Below, piece after piece: positions 58,715-64,000 of a DNA stretch of 64,000 nucleotides (positions are counted from its first letter, which is position 1; each line of letters opens with the position of its first letter). The position numbers were made by a program, and so were the translations under genes. The stretch is taken from contig JBKJHX010000068.1 of NCBI GenBank assembly GCA_046598855.1, positions 2,558 through 66,557 of the forward strand, in the 5' to 3' direction. Below the pieces are notes generated by a model. That model was not told where the DNA came from and did not search any database. It saw nothing but the letters and a program-made list of their open reading frames with translations. The stretch is from Marmoricola sp. (GTDB lineage: Bacteria > Actinomycetota > Actinomycetes > Propionibacteriales > Nocardioidaceae).

Positions 58715-58736
58715 GTGTAACACTGTAACACATGAC
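58710..58736. promoter_or_regulatory. Palindromic operator spanning both divergent start codons
   Basis: GTCATGTGTAACA-C-TGTAACACATGAC, one mismatch. Confidence 0.8.
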
Positions 58737-60318
58737 CACTTACCCGACCGCTCCCGAGATGCACTGGTCCCGCTGGGGCGACCCCGCGCAGGCCGGCCCG
58801 CTGCCTGAGAGCGCGTTCGCTCTCGTCGATGCCTTCATCGGCACCCGGGAGACCCCTGCGGTCGACGAGGCAGACGTCCAGCTCAGTACGCCGCTGGCCG
58901 ACGACCTGCTGGCTGAGCTGGCCGAGATCGTCGGCGCCGACCAGGTCCTGACCGACCACACCACCCGCCTGCACCGCACCCGCGGCAAATCCACCCCCGA
59001 CCTGCTCCGGCTGCGCCGCGGTGACGGCACGGACTCCCCGGACGCCGTGGTCCGCCCGGCCGACCACGACCAGGTAGCCGCGGTCATCGATTGGTGCGTA
59101 CGGCGTCACGTCGCCCTGGTCCCGTTCGGCGGCGGCACCTCGGTGGTCGGGGGGCTGGTCGCGCAGCGCGACGGTTTCGCCGGTGTCATCTCTCTGGACC
59201 TGATCCGCTTGGACAAACTGGTCGAGGTCGATCACGTCTCGATGACCGCCGTCCTCGAGCCGGGCCTGCGCGGCCCCCAGGCCGAGGCGCTGCTGCAGGC
59301 CGAGGGCGTCACCCTGGGCCACTTCCCGCAGTCCTTCGAGTACGCCACGATCGGCGGCTTCGCGGTGACTCGTTCCTCGGGTCAGTCCTCTGCCGGCTAC
59401 GGCCGGTTCGACTCCCTGGTGGTCGGTCTCAAGGTCGCCACCCCACTGGGCACCCTGGAGCTTGGCAACTCCCCGGCCAACGCCGCCGGCCCTGACCTGC
59501 GCGAGCTCGTGATGGGCTCTGAGGGCACCTTCGGTGTCGTCACCGCCGTCCGCGTCCGGGTCCGCCCGGTGCCTGCGGTGAAGGCGTTCGAGTCCTGGCG
59601 GTTCGAGTCCTTCGCCGACGGTGTCACCGCGATGCGCACCCTCGTCCAGTCCGGACTGCTCCCCACGGTGTTGCGACTCTCGGACGAGAACGAGACCGCC
59701 ATAAATCTCGCCAAGCCGGCCGAGGTCGGCGGCGAGAACGCCGGGGGTTGCCTGATGATTACCGGCTACGAAGGCACCCAGGCAGCGGTCGACGCGCGTC
59801 GTACGGCGTGCTCGGCGCTGATCACCGGTGTCGGCGGCGTCAGCCTGGGCACCGAGGGTGGCGAGGCCTGGGCCGAGGGCCGGTTCCACGGCCCCTACCT
59901 GCGCGACTCGCTGCTCGACGTCGGCGTGCTCGCCGAGACGATGGAGACGGTGACGTTCTGGTCCAACCTCGACCACGTCTACACCAGCGTCAAGGACGCG
60001 GTCGCCGCTTCGCTCGGCGCCGATAGCCTGGTGCTCTGCCATATCTCGCACGTCTACGAGACGGGAGCCTCGCTCTACTTCACCGTCGCGACTAAGCAGG
60101 CCACCGACGCGCTGGCCCAGTGGCTGGTCGCCAAGGACGCGGTCTCGGCCGCGATGGTGCGCAACGGCGCCTCGATCACCCACCACCACGCAGTCGGACG
60201 CGACCACAAGCCGTGGCTCGCCGAGGAGATCGGTCCGGTCGGCGTCGAGATGCTGCGTGCGGTGAAGCAGCGGATGGACCCGACCGGGGTACTCAACCCC
60301 GGAGTCCTGATCCCCTGA
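58732..60318 (+). CDS. FAD-binding oxidoreductase, alkyl-DHAP synthase-like
   Basis: PFGGGTSVVGG, GHFPQSFEYATIGG, GSEGTFG, ITHHHAVG, LNPG. Confidence 0.9.
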   Translation: MTTYPTAPEMHWSRWGDPAQAGPLPESAFALVDAFIGTRETPAVDEADVQLSTPLADDLLAELAEIVGADQVLTDHTTRLHRTRGKSTPDLLRLRRGDGTDSPDAVVRPADHDQVAAVIDWCVRRHVALVPFGGGTSVVGGLVAQRDGFAGVISLDLIRLDKLVEVDHVSMTAVLEPGLRGPQAEALLQAEGVTLGHFPQSFEYATIGGFAVTRSSGQSSAGYGRFDSLVVGLKVATPLGTLELGNSPANAAGPDLRELVMGSEGTFGVVTAVRVRVRPVPAVKAFESWRFESFADGVTAMRTLVQSGLLPTVLRLSDENETAINLAKPAEVGGENAGGCLMITGYEGTQAAVDARRTACSALITGVGGVSLGTEGGEAWAEGRFHGPYLRDSLLDVGVLAETMETVTFWSNLDHVYTSVKDAVAASLGADSLVLCHISHVYETGASLYFTVATKQATDALAQWLVAKDAVSAAMVRNGASITHHHAVGRDHKPWLAEEIGPVGVEMLRAVKQRMDPTGVLNPGVLIP

Positions 60319-60357
60319 GGTGACCTAAGGGTCCGGTACTCGTCGTACCCCGCGGCG

Positions 60358-61128
60358 TTAGAAGTTGCCGCTGTCCGCAGGCATCAGATCGTGACGTACG
60401 AAGAACCCGTCGCACTGCAGCATCCGGCCGGTACGGGGGTCGCTGAAGCCGCCGTCGAGGGCGAAGATGCCGAACCCGGCTTGCTCCATCCGCGGGAGCA
60501 GGTCGGTGAACAGTGGCTGACCGTCGTACAGGGCGACCATCGAGAGCTCGAGCTGGACGGCGGCAAAGTCCTTCAAGGTGGCACCGGCGCCGTCGAGGAC
60601 CTGGCCCTCGTAGCCCTGGGTGTCGACCTTGAGCAGGGTCCGGCGCGGGTCGACGCCCTGGCTGGTGAGGATCTCGGCGACCGTGGTCAGAGCGACCTTT
60701 TCGACCCGGACGTACGACGACCCAGGGGCGGCCAGGCTGTGCGCGTCAGTCATCGGCAGGATCGAGGAGGAGTAGGAGTTCTCGGAGACGTTGATCTCGA
60801 TCTCGCCCGCCTCGGTGCCGACGGCCGTGTTCAGCGTCGTCCACTGCGGGTCGTTGGCCGCCCGGCGCTCCAGGAACGGGTACGCGTCGCTCAACGGCTC
60901 GCACGAGATGATCCGACCGCCGAACCCACTGGCGCGCAGGGCCTGGCCGTACTGGCCGATGTTGGCGCCGATGTCGAGCGCGGTGCCAAGATCCAGCGAC
61001 TTCAGGGCCGTCGCGACCTGGACCGGGAACGGGTTGCGCACCAGGTCGAGGTTCCGCTTGTGCAGCGCCGAGCGGAGGGCGACCTTCGCTCGTTCTGCCA
61101 ACCGACCGGTCCGGTCCTCGGTACTCAT
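60358..61128 (-). CDS. FkbM-family methyltransferase
   Basis: LDIGANIGQY, CEP, LKVDTQGYE. Confidence 0.9.
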   Translation of the reverse strand: MSTEDRTGRLAERAKVALRSALHKRNLDLVRNPFPVQVATALKSLDLGTALDIGANIGQYGQALRASGFGGRIISCEPLSDAYPFLERRAANDPQWTTLNTAVGTEAGEIEINVSENSYSSSILPMTDAHSLAAPGSSYVRVEKVALTTVAEILTSQGVDPRRTLLKVDTQGYEGQVLDGAGATLKDFAAVQLELSMVALYDGQPLFTDLLPRMEQAGFGIFALDGGFSDPRTGRMLQCDGFFVRHDLMPADSGNF

Positions 61129-61191
61129 CTTCGGTGTGATCTCCTCGGTGGGCGGGTGCTCGCCCGAACGATACCGGCGATCGGCGACGCG

Positions 61192-61866
61192 TCACGTGCC
61201 GAAGGCCCAGACCGCCACTGAGGCTGTTTCCGTGAGCACCAGGTCACTTTGGCCGGCCCCCGTCAGACGAGCAGCGTCGCCGCTGCGCAGGGTGTGGTCG
61301 CCGAGCACGATCGACCCTGAGGCGACGAAGACGTGCAGTTGGGGGGCGTCGGGGAGTCGGAGGGTCATCTCGGCCCCGGTGCCGAGGAAGAGGCGTGCCC
61401 CGGCGACGCCGACACCGAGGCTGCCCGGGCCGACGACCTCGACCAGGCCGGAGCCTGCGTCACCTCGGGCGACGGCGTACGACGGCTCGCCCTCGGGCCG
61501 GTCGGGTCGGAGCCAGGTCTGCACGAACCGGGTCCGGACGCCCGGCTCGGACATCTCGGCGTGCACGATCCCGGACCCGGCGCTGATCCGTTGGACGTCG
61601 CCGGGCAGGAGCAGTCCGCTGCGGCCCGCACTGTCGGTGTGCCGGAGAGCACCCTCGATCACCCAGGTGACGATCTCGGTGTCGACGTGCGCGTGCTCGG
61701 GGTAGCCGGTCCCTGGCGGAAGATACTCGTCGTTGTGCGCCACCATCGCCGCGAAGCCGACGTTGGCCGGGTCGTAGTGCTGACCGAAGGCGAACGAGTG
61801 CAGCGTGGTCCTGCCCTCGGCCCGGGTCACCGGACGGTCCTCGTGGCGACGTACCTCCAGGCTCAT
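61192..61866 (-). CDS. Pirin-family protein
   Basis: HSFAFGQHYDP, HAHVDTEIVTWV, SAGSGIVHAE. Confidence 0.9.
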   Translation of the reverse strand: MSLEVRRHEDRPVTRAEGRTTLHSFAFGQHYDPANVGFAAMVAHNDEYLPPGTGYPEHAHVDTEIVTWVIEGALRHTDSAGRSGLLLPGDVQRISAGSGIVHAEMSEPGVRTRFVQTWLRPDRPEGEPSYAVARGDAGSGLVEVVGPGSLGVGVAGARLFLGTGAEMTLRLPDAPQLHVFVASGSIVLGDHTLRSGDAARLTGAGQSDLVLTETASVAVWAFGT

Positions 61867-62426
61867 GCGGCGGTCGTCCCGAACGGGAACGTCGCGATCT
61901 CGTGGGTGGCCTCCTCCTCGACATGCACGAGGGTGGCCGCGACGGCATAGGCGTGCAGCGGCAGCATCGCGCCGATCGCGGCACGCAGGTTGGCGGTGGA
62001 CTCGCCCGGCGCCAGCGGCACAGTCAGGTGCGGCACCACCTCGTCGAACGCTCCGCCGTACGGCGGGAATTCCGGGAACTGCCGGTGGAGCTCGGAGGTC
62101 AGACGTCGGAAGGTGCCGGCCGGCTCGGGCGCCAGGTAGGTCAACCCGCCCGGGAACTCGCAGACCTCGGTGAGCTCGAAATCGAACGGCGTCACCTCGG
62201 CGAACAAGCCGGCGAGGTGGTCGAGCACGCTGTCCTCCAGCGCGCCCTCGGGGTGGAACGGCGCCAGCAGGGTGATGTGCGCGACCAGGCTGCGGTCTCG
62301 GGGAAGCAGCAATGGCTGGGTCTGCAGCATCCGGGAGCGCACCACGGTCTCGGCCTCGCGTACGCCGATCACGATCCCGGTCATCGGCAGGGATGGTGCT
62401 GCGGCGTCGAACGCGGAGGTGTCCAC
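61863..62426 (-). CDS. 2H phosphoesterase (2'-5' RNA ligase family)
   Basis: Two HxT motifs: AHITLL and PHLTV. Confidence 0.85.
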   Translation of the reverse strand: MDTSAFDAAAPSLPMTGIVIGVREAETVVRSRMLQTQPLLLPRDRSLVAHITLLAPFHPEGALEDSVLDHLAGLFAEVTPFDFELTEVCEFPGGLTYLAPEPAGTFRRLTSELHRQFPEFPPYGGAFDEVVPHLTVPLAPGESTANLRAAIGAMLPLHAYAVAATLVHVEEEATHEIATFPFGTTAA

Positions 62427-62464
62427 CCGAGAACGGTAGACCTCCCGATCCCTATCCTGGGGTC

Positions 62465-63415
62465 ATGGGCGCCGGTCATTCGCACGACCACGGAGGGACC
62501 CCCGGGCACGCGGGCGGGCACGCGGGCGGGCGCGCGGCGGACCGGAAGCGACTCCTGCTGGTCCTCGGGGTCACCTCCTCGGTCGTCCTGGTAGAGGCGG
62601 TCGGAGCCTGGCTCAGCGGATCGCTGGCCCTGCTGGCCGACGCCGGCCACATGCTCACCGACGCCGCCGGGATCCTGATCGCCCTGTCTGCCTCGCTGAT
62701 CGCGAGCCGACCGGCTACCTCGCGCCGTACGTTCGGCTACCACCGGGTCGAGATCCTGGCCGCCGTCGTCAATGGGCTGATCCTCCTCGGGCTCTGCGGC
62801 TACCTCGCGTACGCCGGCACCCGGCGTCTGATCGACCCGGTCGAGGTGGAGGCCGGCCAGATGCTGATCTTCGCCGCCATCGGTCTGCTGGCCAACCTGG
62901 TCTCGGTCGCGATCCTGGCCCGGCGCAAGGACAACTCGCTGAACATGAGGGGCGCCTACCTGGAGGTGCTCAGCGACACCTTCGGGTCGGTGGCGGCGAT
63001 CGTCGCGGGTGTCCTGGTGCTGGCCACCGGCTTCCTGCGTGCCGACTCGATCGCTTCATTGGTGATCGCCGGGATGGTCCTCCCGCGAGCATGGGCCCTG
63101 CTGCGGGAGGCCGGCGGGATCCTGCTGGAGTCCACCCCGCCGGACCTCGACGTGGAAGACGTACGCCGACACCTGTGCGGGGTCGAGGGAGTGGTCGACG
63201 TCCACGACCTGCATGCCTGGATGATCACCAGCGGGATGCCGGCGCTGTCGGCCCACGTCACCGTGACCGACGCCGCGCTCGCCGCTCGTGGGGTCGGCCA
63301 GATCCTCGACGACCTGACCGGCTGCGTGGAGTCCCACTTCGGCATTGACCACGCGACGCTGCAAGTCGAGCCCGAGTCCCACCGCGAGCATGAGCACGAC
63401 ACCGAGCACGCCTAG
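62465..63415 (+). CDS. Cation diffusion facilitator (CzcD-like)
   Basis: His-rich N-terminus, SLALLADAGHMLTD, VHDLHAW, HATLQVE. Confidence 0.93.
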   Translation: MGAGHSHDHGGTPGHAGGHAGGRAADRKRLLLVLGVTSSVVLVEAVGAWLSGSLALLADAGHMLTDAAGILIALSASLIASRPATSRRTFGYHRVEILAAVVNGLILLGLCGYLAYAGTRRLIDPVEVEAGQMLIFAAIGLLANLVSVAILARRKDNSLNMRGAYLEVLSDTFGSVAAIVAGVLVLATGFLRADSIASLVIAGMVLPRAWALLREAGGILLESTPPDLDVEDVRRHLCGVEGVVDVHDLHAWMITSGMPALSAHVTVTDAALAARGVGQILDDLTGCVESHFGIDHATLQVEPESHREHEHDTEHA

Positions 63416-64000
63416 CTCGCGTAGGCGTACTCCCATTCGATCTCAAGGCGCACCGGGCTGTTGGCGCGGGCGTGCTTGACCTTGTGGTGGCGGCGGCATC
63501 GGGGTGCGAGGTTGTCTGGGTTTGTGGTCCCGTGCGGCCAGGGCGCCTCGTGGTCGAGCTCGCACTCGACGGAGGGCCGGTCGCAGCTCGGCTCGACGCA
63601 GGTGGGGGTGGTGGCTACGACGTAGCGCCAGATCGCGTCAGTGGGTGCGTACGACTTCGTCGACAGTGATACGGGGTCGCCGGCGGGGTCGGTCAGCAAC
63701 CGGTACCAGGTCGCGCCTTCGCTGGTCGCGATCGCGCGGGCCAGATCGGCCGGGATGACGGTCCCGCCGGAGAGCTGTCCGGGATCATCATTGATCCCGG
63801 CCAACGTTTCGTAGGGGACGGTGACGTTGATGATCGGGCGGGCGTAGGCAGGGACCGGGAGTCCGTCGGCGCGGCCGACGATCAGGTCTAGGGCGAGGTC
63901 GGCCATGAGCTGGTTGATGGTGCGGGGGTCACCGGCGTTTCTCAACGCTTTCGCGCTGAGGTGCAGCCGGTGGCGGGCGAGCTTGACCTGGTCGATCGAG
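63412..64000 (-). CDS. DUF222/HNH endonuclease (5' end outside window)
   Basis: QLMADLALDL, CVEPSC..ELDH..W...TNPDNLAPRCRRHH..KH HNH motif. Confidence 0.88.
   Translation of the reverse strand, partial: SIDQVKLARHRLHLSAKALRNAGDPRTINQLMADLALDLIVGRADGLPVPAYARPIINVTVPYETLAGINDDPGQLSGGTVIPADLARAIATSEGATWYRLLTDPAGDPVSLSTKSYAPTDAIWRYVVATTPTCVEPSCDRPSVECELDHEAPWPHGTTNPDNLAPRCRRHHKVKHARANSPVRLEIEWEYAYAS

Noticed and set aside
61863-64000. 2H phosphoesterase plus HNH as a defence or RNA-repair system
   Set aside because: Separated by an oppositely oriented CDF transporter; both families are common solitary genes in actinobacteria

Overview
High-GC actinobacterial chromosome segment (gene content and order resemble Nocardioidaceae; inferred, not searched) spanning the replication origin. 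It runs recF(partial)-gnd-dnaN-[oriC]-dnaA, then rpmH-rnpA-yidD-yidC-jag-rsmG-parA-parB with two parS sites, the conserved cwlM-trxA-trxB-antisigma-sigM-pseudokinase-murJ-CCA block, ino1-padR, ponA-GT87, femX-alr-like, nfo, rpsF-ssb-rpsR-rplI and dnaB. About 22 kb of accessory metabolic, envelope and regulatory genes follow, ending in a partial DUF222/HNH gene. I saw no CRISPR array, rRNA, tRNA, prophage or intact IS, and no multi-gene system that is clearly new. The best leads are non-coding: (1) a palindromic WWWGTCGACAWA motif noticed four times, all at origin-region, partition or helicase loci; (2) a dense DnaA-box cluster upstream of dnaB; (3) a 27-bp repeat family with a 32-bp period that supplies stop codons; (4) a three-way-junction RNA candidate upstream of a secreted peptidase-like gene; (5) a Tat-lipoprotein that appears to need a CTG start; (6) several internally deleted gene remnants. 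All calls come from reading the sequence by eye; many start codons are my best estimate.
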